The notes under the pieces were generated by a model. That model had not been told where the DNA came from. It did not search any database and saw only the letters and a program-made list of their open reading frames with translations. Below are positions 12,503 to 26,554 of a DNA stretch of 64,000 nucleotides, one piece after another. Origin of the DNA: Squalus acanthias (Eukaryota); assembly GCA_030390025.1 (NCBI GenBank), contig CM059433.1, positions 5,952,001 to 6,016,000 on the forward strand, given 5' to 3'. Positions within the stretch are counted from its first letter, which is position 1, and every line of letters begins with the position of its first letter. Position numbers and translations under genes: made by a program.

Positions 12503-13601
12503 GGTTGGCGGACAGAAAGCAGAGAGTAGGAATTAATGGGTCTTTTTCCAAATGGCAAGTAGTGACTAGTGGGGTACCGCAGGGATCGGTCCTTGGACCC
12601 CAGCTATTCACAATATACATTAATGATCTAGATAAGGGAACTAAATGTAATATCTCCAAGTTTGCAGATGACACAAAGCTGGGTGGGAGTGTGTGCTGCG
12701 AGGAGGATACCGAGAAACTCCAGGATGATTTGGACAGGTTGGGTGATTGGGCAGAAGTGTGGCAGATGCAATATAACGTGGATAAATGCGAGGTTATCCA
12801 CTTTGGTGTCAAAAACAGAAAGGCAGACTATTATCTGAATGGCAATAGATTGGGAGAAGGGGAAGTGCAACGAGACCTGGGTGTCCTTGTGCACCAGTCG
12901 CTGAAAGTAAGCATGCAGGTGCAGCAGGCGGTGAAGAAGGCAAATGGTATGTTGGCCTTCATAGCGAAAGGGTTTGAGTATAGGAACAGGGATGTCCTGC
13001 TGCAGTTGTACAGGGCCTTGGTGAGACCACACCTTGAGTACTGTGTGCAGTTTTGGTCGCCTTATCTGAGGAAGGATGTTCTTGCCATGGAAGGAGTTCA
13101 GCGAAGATTCACAAGGCTGATACCTGGGATGGCAGGAATGACATATGAGGAGAGATTGGGTCGATTGGGCTTATACTCGCTGGAGTATAGAAGAATGAGA
13201 GGGGATCTCATCGAAACATATAAAATTCTGACAGGTCTGGACAAACTAGATGCAGGAAGAATGTTCCCGATGGTCGGAGAGTCCAGAACCAGGGGTCATA
13301 ATCTAAGGATAAGGGGTAAGCCATTTAGGACAGAAATGAGGAAGAATTTCTTCACCCAGAGAGTGGTGAACCTGTGGAATTCTCTACCACAGAAGGTAGT
13401 TGAGGCCAAGTCATTAAATATATTCAAGAATGAGTTAGATATATTTCTTAAAGCTAAAGGTATCAAGGGATATGGGGAGAAGGCAGGTACAGGGTACTGA
13501 GTTTGGATGATCAGCCATGATCTCATCGAATGGCGGAGCAGGCTCGAGGGGCCGAATGGCCTACTCCTGCTCCTATCTTCTATGTTTCTATGTTTCTATG
13601 T
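12503..13601 (+). mobile_element. CR1 copy A, unit 3
   Basis: ORF 12466-13500 with RT motifs; CR1 tail. Confidence 0.93.
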
Positions 13602-15294
13602 CTTCACAAAGGAGGACACAAATAACCTCCCAGAGATGTCGGGGAACATAGGGTCTAATGAGAGGGAGGAACTGAATGAAATCAGTATTTGTAGGGAAAT
13701 GGTATAAGGGAAATTGACGGGATTGAAGGCCGATAAATCCCCAGGGCCTGATAATCTACATCCTAGGGTACTTAAGGAAGTGGCCCTAGAAATAGTAGAT
13801 GCATTGCTGGTCATCTTCCAAACATCTATAGACTCTGGAACAGTTCCCATGGATTGGAGGGTAGCTAATGTAACCCCACTATTTAAAAGAGGTGGTAGAG
13901 AGAAAATGGGGAATTATAGACCTGTAAGCCTGACATCGGTAGTGGGGAAAATGCTCGAGTCCATTATAAAAGATGTAATAGCAGAGCACTTGGAAAACAG
14001 TGACAGGATCGGACAAAGTCAACATGGATTTACAAAAGGTAAATCATGCTTGACTAATCTACAGGGTGTAACTGGTAGAATAGATAAGGGAGAACCAGTA
14101 CACGTGGTGTATTTGGACTTTCAGAAGGCTTTCGATAAGGTCCCGCATAAGAGATTAGCGTGCAAAGTTAAAGCACATGGGATTGGTGGGGGTAAGGTAC
14201 TGACTTGGATAGAGAACTGGTTGGCAGACAGGAAGCAAAGAGTTGGAATAAACGGGTCTTTTTCCGAGTGGCAGGCAGTGACTAGTGGGGTACCGCAGGG
14301 ATCGGTGCTAGGACCCCAGCTATTCACAATATATATTAATGATCTAGACGAGGGAACTAGATGTAATATCTCCAAGTTTGCAGACAACACAAAGCTGGGT
14401 GGGCGTATGTGCTGTGAGGAGGTTGCAGAGAAACTGCAGTATGATTTGGACAGGTTGGGTGATTGGGCAGATGCATGGCAGATGCATGGATAAATGCGAG
14501 GATATCCACTTTGGTGGCAAAAACAGGAAGGCACATTATCTGAACGGCAATAGATTGGGAAAAGGGGAAGTGTAACGAGACCTGCGTGTCCTTGTGCACC
14601 AGTCGCTGAAGGTAAGCATGCAGGTGCAGCAGGCGGTTAAGAAGGCAAATGGTATGTTGGCCTTCATAGCGAGAGGATTCGAGTACAGGAGCAAGGATGT
14701 CTTGCTGCAGTTGTACAGGGCCTTGGTGAGACCACACCTTGAGTATTGTGTGCAGTTTTGGTCGCCTTATCTGAGGAAGGATGCTCTTGCCATGGAGGGA
14801 GTGCAGCGAAGATTCACCAGACTGATGCCTGGGATGGCAGGAATGACGTATGAAGAGAGATTGGGACGATTGGGCTTGTATTCGCTAGAGTTTAGAAGAA
14901 TGAGAGGGGATCTCATTGAAACTTATAAAATTCTAACAGGACTAGACAGACTAGATGCAGGAAGGCTGTTCCCGATGGCGGGTGAGTCCAGAAACAGGGG
15001 TAACAGTCTAAGGATAAGGGGTAAGCCATTTAGGACTGAGATGAGGAGGAATTTCTTCACCCAGAGAGTGTTGAACCTGTGGAATTCTCTACCACAGAAG
15101 GCAGTTGAGGCCAATTCATTAAATATATTCAAGAAGGAGATAGATATATTTCTTAAGGCTAAGGATCAAGGGATATGGGAAAAAGCAGGGACAGGGCACT
15201 GAATTTGGATGATCAGCCATGATCTCATTAAATGGCGGAGCAGGCTCGAGGGGCCGAATGGCCTACTCCTGCTCCTATCTTCTATGTTTCTATG
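13602..15294 (+). mobile_element. CR1 copy B, unit 3 (divergent 3' tract)
   Basis: Same lesions as other B copies; clustered private differences at 14827-15230. Confidence 0.93.
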
Positions 15295-16982
15295 ACAGTC
15301 ACTCTCACCTCACCTCTGGAATTCAGCTCTTTTGTCCATGTTTGGACCAAGGCTGTAATGCGGTCAGGAGCCAAGTGGTCCTGACGGAAACCAAACTGGT
15401 CATCGGTGAGCTGGTTATTTGTGCCTTTGTTAGTGTCGCTTGATAGCATTGTCGATGACAGCTTCCATCACTTTGCTGATGATGGAGAGATGGCTGATGG
15501 GATGGTAACGGGCTGTCGGATTAGTCCAGCTTTTTGTGGACTGTACATACCTGGCCAATTTACCACTTTGTCGGGGAGATGCCAGTACGGGAACAGCTTG
15601 GATAGTGTTGCAGCTAGTTCTGGACACAGGTCTTCAGCACTGCAGCCGCGATGTTGTCAGAACCCATAGCCTTTGCTGTATCCAGTGCGCTGTACCGTTC
15701 TTGATATCACGTGGAGTGAAGTGAATTAGCTGAAGACTGGCTTCTGTGAGGGTGGGACCTCAGGAGCAGACCGAGATGCATCATCCACTTGGCACTTGTG
15801 ACTGAAGATGGTTGCGAAGGCTTCAGCCTTGTCTTTTTCACTCAGGTGCTGTGCTCCGCCATCATTGAGGATGTGGATGTTCAAGGAGCCTCCTCCTCCC
15901 GTTAGTTGTTTAATTGTCCATCACCATTCCCGACTGGATGTGACAGGACTGCAGAGCTTTGATCTGATCCATTGGGTGTGGGATCGCTCAGCTCTGTCTT
16001 TCGCACGCTGCCTCCACTGTTTAACATGCATATAGTCCTGTGTTGTAGCTTCACCAAGTTGGTTTCTGATTTTCTGATACACCTGGTGCAGCTCCTGGAA
16101 TGCTCTTCAACACTCCTTATTGAACCAGGGCTGGTTTGATGGTAATGGTAGAATGAGGGATATGCCGGGCCATGAGTTTACAGATTATGGTGGAATACAA
16201 TTCTGTTGCTGCTGATGGCCCACAGCGCCTCATGGATGCCCAGTTTTGAGCTGCTAGATGTGTTCTTAATCTATCCCATTTAGCACAGTGGTAGGGCACA
16301 CAACACGATGAAGGGGTGTCCTCAGTGACTCGGTAGTACCATGATTGACCAAGCTGGCTGAGTCCTGAAGGACATAGCAGCCAGACTGACTCACGGCAGG
16401 TGGTGAGAGAACAAACACGAGCCTCTACCGAGCAACACTTGGTGATGGACATTGAAGTCCCCCACCCAGAGTACATTCTGTGCACCAGCAGCCACAGTGC
16501 GCCGGAGGAGGAGGGAGTAAATGTTTAAGATGGTGGATGGGGGAGCTGATTAAGCGGCCTGCTTTCCCCTGGATTGTGTCGAGCTTTGTGTGTGTTGTTG
16601 GAGCTGCAACCGTCCAGGGAAGTGGAGAATATTCCATCGCACTCCTGACTTGTGCCTTGTAGGGGGTGGAAAGGCTTTGGGGAGTCAGGAGCTGGTGAGT
16701 CACTTGCGCCAAAATACCCAGCATCTGACTAGCTCTTGTAGGCACAGTATTTATTTGGCTGATCTAGTTAAGTTTTTGGTCAATGGTGACCCCCAGGATG
16801 TTGATGGTGGGGAATTCAATGATGGTAATGCCATTGACTGTCATGGGGAGGTGGTTAGACTCTCTCTTGTTGGAGATGGTCATTGTCTGGCACTTGTGTG
16901 TCACAAATGTTACTTGCCACTTATCATCCCCAACCTGCATGTTGTCCAGGTCTTGCTGCACGTGGACACAGACTGCCTCATT
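15295..16982 (-). mobile_element. LINE family L fragment, unit 4
   Basis: Near-identical to 272-1958. Confidence 0.85.
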
Positions 16983-17505
16983 GGGCCAAAAATTCGGCAC
17001 TTGCCGGGTGAGTACGCGCTGTGTACTCACCCGTAAGGCCTCCTGAAGTGCCGGTTTCCTGCATGCACTGCGCATGCGCGGGAAACTGGAACTTCCGGTC
17101 TCGTGAAGGGAGGGGTTCAGAGGTGAACCGCGTGCACGGGAGAGGCTGCGCGCACGCAGGGAACTTAGTTTTTTTTCAGGTTTCTCCGGGAAGGTAAGTA
17201 TGGAAGAAGCTGCGCTTTTAAAAAGGAGGCGCAGGACCCGTTTTTAACAAGGTAAGTGGTTAATTAATTACAATTAAAAAAATTTTCAACAGGTTTATCT
17301 TTTTTAGATACTTTAAAGAAAGGTAAGTTTATTTTTAGCACTCTTAAAAAGTACTTTAATTTTTTCAAAAATTAAATTTTTGTTTTAAGTAGTTAATTTA
17401 TTTAACTTATAGTTATTTTAAAAATGTGATGGTTTTTTAAAAAATGTATTTGAAGTTTAGGTGTTGTTTTGGGGCCGATTTCAATTCATAGATTTGACAG
17501 GTCTT
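16983..17505. mobile_element. TIR element left part, unit 4
   Basis: Near-identical to 1959-2481. Confidence 0.7.
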
Positions 17506-18604
17506 GGTTGGCGGACAGAAAGCAGAGAGTAGGAATTAATGGGTCTTTTTCCAAATGGCAAGTAGTGACTAGTGGGGTACCGCAGGGATCGGTCCTTGGA
17601 CCCCAGCTATTCACAATATACATTAATGATCTAGATAAGGGAACTAAATGTAATATCTCCAAGTTTGCAGATGACACAAAGCTGGGTGGGAGTGTGTGCT
17701 GCGAGGAGGATACCGAGAAACTCCAGGATGATTTGGACAGGTTGGGTGATTGGGCAGAAGTGTGGCAGATGCAATATAACGTGGATAAATGCGAGGTTAT
17801 CCACTTTGGTGTCAAAAACAGAAAGGCAGACTATTATCTGAATGGCAATAGATTGGGAGAAGGGGAAGTGCAACGAGACCTGGGTGTCCTTGTGCACCAG
17901 TCGCTGAAAGTAAGCATGCAGGTGCAGCAGGCGGTGAAGAAGGCAAATGGTATGTTGGCCTTCATAGCGAAAGGGTTTGAGTATAGGAACAGGGATGTCC
18001 TGCTGCAGTTGTACAGGGCCTTGGTGAGACCACACCTTGAGTACTGTGTGCAGTTTTGGTCGCCTTATCTGAGGAAGGATGTTCTTGCCATGGAAGGAGT
18101 TCAGCGAAGATTCACAAGGCTGATACCTGGGATGGCAGGAATGACATATGAGGAGAGATTGGGTCGATTGGGCTTATACTCGCTGGAGTATAGAAGAATG
18201 AGAGGGGATCTCATCGAAACATATAAAATTCTGACAGGTCTGGACAAACTAGATGCAGGAAGAATGTTCCCGATGGTCGGAGAGTCCAGAACCAGGGGTC
18301 ATAATCTAAGGATAAGGGGTAAGCCATTTAGGACAGAAATGAGGAAGAATTTCTTCACCCAGAGAGTGGTGAACCTGTGGAATTCTCTACCACAGAAGGT
18401 AGTTGAGGCCAAGTCATTAAATATATTCAAGAATGAGTTAGATATATTTCTTAAAGCTAAAGGTATCAAGGGATATGGGGAGAAGGCAGGTACAGGGTAC
18501 TGAGTTTGGATGATCAGCCATGATCTCATCGAATGGCGGAGCAGGCTCGAGGGGCCGAATGGCCTACTCCTGCTCCTATCTTCTATGTTTCTATGTTTCT
18601 ATGT
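17506..18604 (+). mobile_element. CR1 copy A, unit 4
   Basis: ORF 17469-18503 with RT motifs; CR1 tail. Confidence 0.93.
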
Positions 18605-20308
18605 CTTCACAAAGGAGGACACAAATAACCTCCCAGAGATGTCGGGGAACATAGGGTCTAATGAGAGGGAGGAACTGAATGAAATCAGTATTTGTAGGGA
18701 AATGGTATAAGGGAAATTGACGGGATTGAAGGCCGATAAATCCCCAGGGCCTGATAATCTACATCCTAGGGTACTTAAGGAAGTGGCCCTAGAAATAGTA
18801 GATGCATTGCTGGTCATCTTCCAAACATCTATAGACTCTGGAACAGTTCCCATGGATTGGAGGGTAGCTAATGTAACCCCACTATTTAAAAGAGGTGGTA
18901 GAGAGAAAATGGGGAATTATAGACCGGTAAGCCTGATATCGGTAGTGGGGAAAATGCTCGAGTCCATTATAAAAGATGTAATAGCAGAGCACTTGGAAAA
19001 CAGTGACAGGATCGGACAAAGTCAACATGGATTTACAAAAGGTAAATCATGCTTGACTAATCTACAGGGTGTAACTGGTAGAATAGATAAGGGAGAACCA
19101 GTACACGTGGTGTATTTGGACTTTCAGAAGGCTTTCGATAAGGTCCCGCATAAGAGATTAGCGTGCAAAGTTAAAGCACATGGGATTGGTGGGGGTAAGG
19201 TACTGACTTGGATAGAGAACTGGTTGGCAGACAGGAAGCAAAGAGTTGGAATAAACGGGTCTTTTTCCGAGTGGCAGGCAGTGACTAGTGGGGTACCGCA
19301 GGGATCGGTGCTAGGACCCCAGCTATTCACAATATATATTAATGATCTAGACGAGGGAACTAGATGTAATATCTCCAAGTTTGCAGACAACACAAAGCTG
19401 GGTGGGCGTATGTGCTGTGAGGAGGTTGCAGAGAAACTGCAGTATGATTTGGACAGGTTGGGTGATTGGGCAGATGCATGGCAGATGCATGGATAAATGC
19501 GAGGATATCCACTTTGGTGGCAAAAACAGGAAGGCACATTATCTGAACGGCAATAGATTGGGAAAAGGGGAAGTGTAACGAGACCTGCGTGTCCTTGTGC
19601 ACCAGTCGCTGAAGGTAAGCATGCAGGTGCAGCAGGCGGTTAAGAAGGCAAATGGTATGTTGGCCTTCATAGCGAGAGGATTCGAGTACAGGAGCAAGGA
19701 TGTCTTGCTGCAGTTGTACAGGGCCTTGGTGAGACCACACCTTGAGTATTGTGTGCAGTTTTGGTCGCCTTATCTGAGGAAGGATGCTCTTGCCATGGAG
19801 GGAGTGCAGCGAAGATTCACCAGACTGATACCTGGGATGGCAGGAATGACGTATGAAGAGAGATTGGGTCGATTAGGCTTATATTCGCTAGAGTTTAGAA
19901 GAATGAGAGGGGATCTCATTGAAACTTATAAAATTCTAACAGGACTAGACAGACTAGATGCAGGAAGGCTGTTCCCGATGGCGGGGGAGTCCAGAACCAA
20001 GGGTCACAGTCTAAGGATAAGGGGTAAGCCATTTAGGACTGAGAGGAGGAGGAATTTCTTCACCCAGAGAGTGGTGAACCTGTGGAATTCTCTACCACAG
20101 AAGGCAGTTGAGGCCAATTCATTAAATATCTTCAAGAAGGAGTTAGATATATTTCTTAAGGCTAAGGGGATCAAGGGATATGGGGAGAAAGCAGGGACAG
20201 GGTACTGAATTTGGATGATCAGCCATGATCACATTGAATGGCGGAGCAGGCTCGAGGGGCCGAATGGCCTACTCCTGCTCCTATCTTCTATGTTTCTATG
20301 TTTCTATG
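18605..20308 (+). mobile_element. CR1 copy B, unit 4
   Basis: ORFs 18717-19496 and 19597-20208; CR1 tail. Confidence 0.93.
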
Positions 20309-21995
20309 ACAGTCACTCTCACCTCACCTCTGGAATTCAGCTCTTTTGTCCATGTTTGGACCAAGGCTGTAATGCGGTCAGGAGCCAAGTGGTCCTGACG
20401 GAAACCAAACTGGTCATCGGTGAGCTGGTTATTTGTGCCTTTGTTAGTGCCGCTTGATAGCATTGTCGATGACAGCTTCCATCACTTTGCTGATGATGGA
20501 GAGATGGCTGATGGGATGGTAACGGGCTGTCGGATTAGTCCAGCTTTTTGTGGACTGTACATACCTGGCCAATTTACCACTTTGTCGGGGAGATGCCAGT
20601 ACGGGAGCAGCTTGGATAGTGTTGCAGCTAGTTCTGGACACAGGTCTTCAGCACTGCAGCCGCGATGTTGTCAGAACCCATAGCCTTTGCTGTATCCAGT
20701 GCGCTGTACCGTTCTTGATATCACGTGGAGTGAAGTGAATTAGCTGAAGACTGGCTTCTGTGAGGGTGGGACCTCAGGAGCAGGCTGAGATCATCATCCC
20801 CTTGGCACTTGTGACTGAAGATGGTTGCGAAGGCTTCAGCCTTGTCTTTTTCACTCAGGTGCTGTGCTCCGCCATCATTGAGGATGTGGATGTTCAAGGA
20901 GCCTCCTCCTCCCGTTAGTTGTTTAATTGTCCATCACCATTCCCGACTGGATGTGACAGGACTGCAGAGCTTTGATCTGATCCATTGGGTGTGGGATCGC
21001 TTAGCTCTGTCTATAGCACGCTGCCTCCGCTGTTTAACATGCATATAGTCCTGTGTTGTAGCTTCACCAAGTTGGTTTCTGATTTTCTGATACACCTGGT
21101 GCAGCTCCTGGAATGCTCTTCAACACTCCTTATTGAACCAGGGCTGGTTTGATGGTAATGGTAGAATGAGGGATATGCCGGGCCATGAGTTTACAGATTA
21201 TGGTGGAATACAATTCTGTTGCTGCTGATGGCCCACAGCGCCTCATGGATGCCCAGTTTTGAGCTGCTAGATGTGTTCTTAATCTATCCCATTTAGCACA
21301 GTGGTAGGGCACACAACACGATGAAGGGGTGTCCTCAGTGACTCGGTAGTACCATGATTGACCAAGCTGGCTGAGTCCTGAAGGACATAGCAGCCAGACT
21401 GACTCACGGCAGGTGGTGAGAGAACAAACACGAGCCTCTACCGAGCAACACTTGGTGATGGACATTGAAGTCCCCCACCCAGAGTACATTCTGTGCACCA
21501 GCAGCCACAGTGCGCCGGAGGAGGAGGGAGTAAATGTTTAAGATGGTGGATGGGGGAGCTGATTAAGCGGCCTGCTTTCCCCTGGATTGTGTCGAGCTTT
21601 GTGTGTGTTGTTGGAGCTGCAACCGTCCAGGGAAGTGGAGAATATTCCATCGCACTCCTGACTTGTGCCTTGTAGGGGGTGGAAAGGCTTTGGGGAGTCA
21701 GGAGCTGGTGAGTCACTTGCGCCAAAATACCCAGCATCTGACTAGCTCTTGTAGGCACAGTATTTATTTGGCTGATCTAGTTAAGTTTTTGGTCAATGGT
21801 GACCCCCAGGATGTTGATGGTGGGGAATTCAATGATGGTAATGCCATTGACTGTCATGGGGAGGTGGTTAGACTCTCTCTTGTTGGAGATGGTCATTGTC
21901 TGGCACTTGTGTGTCACAAATGTTACTTGCCACTTATCATCCCCAACCTGCATGTTGTCCAGGTCTTGCTGCACGTGGACACAGACTGCCTCATT
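20309..21995 (-). mobile_element. LINE family L fragment, unit 5
   Basis: Near-identical to 272-1958. Confidence 0.85.
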
Positions 21996-22520
21996 GGGCC
22001 AAAAATTCGGCACTTGCCGGGTGAGTACGCGCTGTGTACTCACCCGTAAGGCCTCCTGAAGTGCCGGTTTCCTGCATGCACTGCGCATGCGCGGGAAACT
22101 GGAACTTCCGGTCTCGTGAAGGGAGGGGTTCAGAGGTGAACCGCATGCACGGGAGAGGCTGCGCGCACGCAGGGAACTTAGGTTTTTTTTCAGGTTTCTC
22201 CGGGAAGGTAAGTATGGAAGAAGCTGCGCTTTTAAAAAGGAGGCGCAGGACCCGTTTTTAACAAGGTAAGTGGTTAATTAAATACAATTTAAAAAAATTT
22301 TCAACAGGTTTATCTTTTTTAGATACTTTAAAGAAAGGTAAGTTTATTTTTAGCACTCTTAAAAAGTACTTTAATTTTTTCAAAAATTAAATTTTTGTTT
22401 TAAGTAGTTAATTTATTTAACTTATAGTTATTTTAAAAATGTGATGGTTTTTTAAAAAATGTATTTGAAGTTTAGGTGTTGTTTTGGGGCCGATTTCAAT
22501 TCATAGATTTGACAGGTCTT
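21996..22520. mobile_element. TIR element left part, unit 5
   Basis: Near-identical to 1959-2481. Confidence 0.7.
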
Positions 22521-23611
22521 GGTTGGCGGACAGAAAGCAGAGAGTAGGAATTAATGGGTCTTTTTCCAAATGGCAAGTAGTGACTAGTGGGGTACCGCAG
22601 GGATCGGTCCTTGGACCCCAGCTATTCACAATATACATTAATGATCTAGATAAGGGAACTAAATGTAATATCTCCAAGTTTGCAGATGACACAAAGCTGG
22701 GTGGGAGTGTGTGCTGCGAGGAGGATACCGAGAAACTCCAGGATGATTTGGACAGGTTGGGTGATTGGGCAGAAGTGTGGCAGATGCAATATAACGTGGA
22801 TAAATGCGAGGTTATCCACTTTGGTGTCAAAAACAGAAAGGCAGACTATTATCTGAATGGCAATAGATTGGGAGAAGGGGAAGTGCAACGAGACCTGGGT
22901 GTCCTTGTGCACCAGTCGCTGAAAGTAAGCATGCAGGTGCAGCAGGCGGTGAAGAAGGCAAATGGTATGTTGGCCTTCATAGCGAAAGGGTTTGAGTATA
23001 GGAACAGGGATGTCCTGCTGCAGTTGTACAGGGCCTTGGTGAGACCACACCTTGAGTACTGTGTGCAGTTTTGGTCGCCTTATCTGAGGAAGGATGTTCT
23101 TGCCATGGAAGGAGTTCAGCGAAGATTCACAAGGCTGATACCTGGGATGGCAGGAATGACATATGAGGAGAGATTGGGTCGATTGGGCTTATACTCGCTG
23201 GAGTATAGAAGAATGAGAGGGGATCTCATCGAAACATATAAAATTCTGACAGGTCTGGACAAACTAGATGCAGGAAGAATGTTCCCGATGGTCGGAGAGT
23301 CCAGAACCAGGGGTCATAATCTAAGGATAAGGGGTAAGCCATTTAGGACAGAAATGAGGAAGAATTTCTTCACCCAGAGAGTGGTGAACCTGTGGAATTC
23401 TCTACCACAGAAGGTAGTTGAGGCCAAGTCATTAAATATATTCAAGAATGAGTTAGATATATTTCTTAAAGCTAAAGGTATCAAGGGATATGGGGAGAAG
23501 GCAGGTACAGGGTACTGAGTTTGGATGATCAGCCATGATCTCATCGAATGGCGGAGCAGGCTCGAGGGGCCGAATGGCCTACTCCTGCTCCTATCTTCTA
23601 TGTTTCTATGT
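22521..23611 (+). mobile_element. CR1 copy A, unit 5
   Basis: ORF 22484-23518; tail has two repeats. Confidence 0.93.
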
Positions 23612-25315
23612 CTTCACAAAGGAGGACACAAATAACCTCCCAGAGATGTCGGGGAACATAGGGTCTAATGAGAGGGAGGAACTGAATGAAATCAGTATTT
23701 GTAGGGAAATGGTATAAGGGAAATTGACGGGATTGAAGGCCGATAAATCCCCAGGGCCTGATAATCTACATCCTAGGGTACTTAAGGAAGTGGCCCTAGA
23801 AATAGTAGATGCATTGCTGGTCATCTTCCAAACATCTATAGACTCTGGAACAGTTCCCATGGATTGGAGGGTAGCTAATGTAACCCCACTATTTAAAAGA
23901 GGTGGTAGAGAGAAAATGGGGAATTATAGACCGGTAAGCCTGATATCGGTAGTGGGGAAAATGCTCGAGTCCATTATAAAAGATGTAATAGCAGAGCACT
24001 TGGAAAACAGTGACAGGATCGGACAAAGTCAACATGGATTTACAAAAGGTAAATCATGCTTGACTAATCTACAGGGTGTAACTGGTAGAATAGATAAGGG
24101 AGAACCAGTACACGTGGTGTATTTGGACTTTCAGAAGGCTTTCGATAAGGTCCCGCATAAGAGATTAGCGTGCAAAGTTAAAGCACATGGGATTGGTGGG
24201 GGTAAGGTACTGACTTGGATAGAGAACTGGTTGGCAGACAGGAAGCAAAGAGTTGGAATAAACGGGTCTTTTTCCGAGTGGCAGGCAGTGACTAGTGGGG
24301 TACCGCAGGGATCGGTGCTAGGACCCCAGCTATTCACAATATATATTAATGATCTAGACGAGGGAACTAGATGTAATATCTCCAAGTTTGCAGACAACAC
24401 AAAGCTGGGTGGGCGTATGTGCTGTGAGGAGGTTGCAGAGAAACTGCAGTATGATTTGGACAGGTTGGGTGATTGGGCAGATGCATGGCAGATGCATGGA
24501 TAAATGCGAGGATATCCACTTTGGTGGCAAAAACAGGAAGGCACATTATCTGAACGGCAATAGATTGGGAAAAGGGGAAGTGTAACGAGACCTGCGTGTC
24601 CTTGTGCACCAGTCGCTGAAGGTAAGCATGCAGGTGCAGCAGGCGGTTAAGAAGGCAAATGGTATGTTGGCCTTCATAGCGAGAGGATTCGAGTACAGGA
24701 GCAAGGATGTCTTGCTGCAGTTGTACAGGGCCTTGGTGAGACCACACCTTGAGTATTGTGTGCAGTTTTGGTCGCCTTATCTGAGGAAGGATGCTCTTGC
24801 CATGGAGGGAGTGCAGCGAAGATTCACCAGACTGATACCTGGGATGGCAGGAATGACGTATGAAGAGAGATTGGGTCGATTAGGCTTATATTCGCTAGAG
24901 TTTAGAAGAATGAGAGGGGATCTCATTGAAACTTATAAAATTCTAACAGGACTAGACAGACTAGATGCAGGAAGGCTGTTCCCGATGGCGGGGGAGTCCA
25001 GAACCAAGGGTCACAGTCTAAGGATAAGGGGTAAGCCATTTAGGACTGAGAGGAGGAGGAATTTCTTCACCCAGAGAGTGGTGAACCTGTGGAATTCTCT
25101 ACCACAGAAGGCAGTTGAGGCCAATTCATTAAATATCTTCAAGAAGGAGTTAGATATATTTCTTAAGGCTAAGGGGATCAAGGGATATGGGGAGAAAGCA
25201 GGGACAGGGTACTGAATTTGGATGATCAGCCATGATCACATTGAATGGCGGAGCAGGCTCGAGGGGCCGAATGGCCTACTCCTGCTCCTATCTTCTATGT
25301 TTCTATGTTTCTATG
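23612..25315 (+). mobile_element. CR1 copy B, unit 5
   Basis: ORFs 23724-24503 and 24604-25215; CR1 tail. Confidence 0.93.
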
Positions 25316-26550
25316 ACAGTCACTCTCACCTCACCTCTGGAATTCAGCTCTTTTGTCCATGTTTGGACCAAGGCTGTAATGCGGTCAGGAGCCAAGTGGT
25401 CCTGACGGAAACCAAACTGGTCATCGGTGAGCTGGTTATTTGTGCCTTTGTTAGTGCCGCTTGATAGCATTGTCGATGACAGCTTCCATCACTTTGCTGA
25501 TGATGGAGAGATGGCTGATGGGATGGTAACGGGCTGTCGGATTAGTCCAGCTTTTTGTGGACTGTACATACCTGGCCAATTTACCACTTTGTCGGGGAGA
25601 TGCCAGTACGGGAGCAGCTTGGATAGTGTTGCAGCTAGTTCTGGACACAGGTCTTCAGCACTGCAGCCACGATGTTGTCAGAACCCATAGCCTTTGCTGT
25701 ATCCAGTGCGCTGTACCGTTCTTGATATCACGTGGAGTGAAGTGAATTAGCTGAAGACTGGCTTCTGTGAGGGTGGGACCTCAGGAGCAGGCTGAGATCA
25801 TCATCCCCTTGGCACTTGTGACTGAAGATGGTTGCGAAGGCTTCAGCCTTGTCTTTTTCACTCAGGTGCTGTGCTCCGCCATCATTGAGGATGTGGATGT
25901 TCAAGGAGCCTCCTCCTCCCGTTAGTTGTTTAATTGTCCATCACCATTCCCGACTGGATGTGACAGGACTGCAGAGCTTTGATCTGATCCATTGGGTGTG
26001 GGATCGCTTAGCTCTGTCTATAGCACGCTGCCTCCGCTGTTTAACATGCATATAGTCCTGTGTTGTAGCTTCAGCAAGTTGGTTTCTGATTTTCTGATAC
26101 ACCTGGTGCAGCTCCTGGAATGCTCTTCAACACTCCTTATTGAACCAGGGCTGGTTTGATGGTAATGGTAGAATGAGGGATATACCAGGCCATGAGTTTA
26201 CAGATTATGGTGGAATACAATTCTGTTGCTGCTGATGGCCCACAGCACCTCATGGATGCCCAGTTTTGAGCTGCTAGATGTGTTCTTAATCTATCCCATT
26301 CAGCACAGTGGTAGGGCACACAACACGATGAAGGGGTGTCCTCAGTGACTCGGTAGTACCATGATTGTCCAAGCTGGCTGAGTCCTGAAGGACATAGCAG
26401 CCAGACTGACTCACGGCAGGTGGTGAGAGAACAAACACGAGCCTCTACCGAGCAACACTTGGTGAGGGACATTGAAGTCCCCCACCCAGAGTACATTCTG
26501 TGCATCAGCAGCCACAGTGCGCCGGAGGAGGAGGGAGTAAATGTTTAAGA
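25316..26550 (-). mobile_element. LINE family L fragment, unit 6 (shortened by ~0.48-kb deletion)
   Basis: Matches 272 to ~1508, then jumps into the TIR element. Confidence 0.85.
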
Positions 26551-26554
26551 AGAT

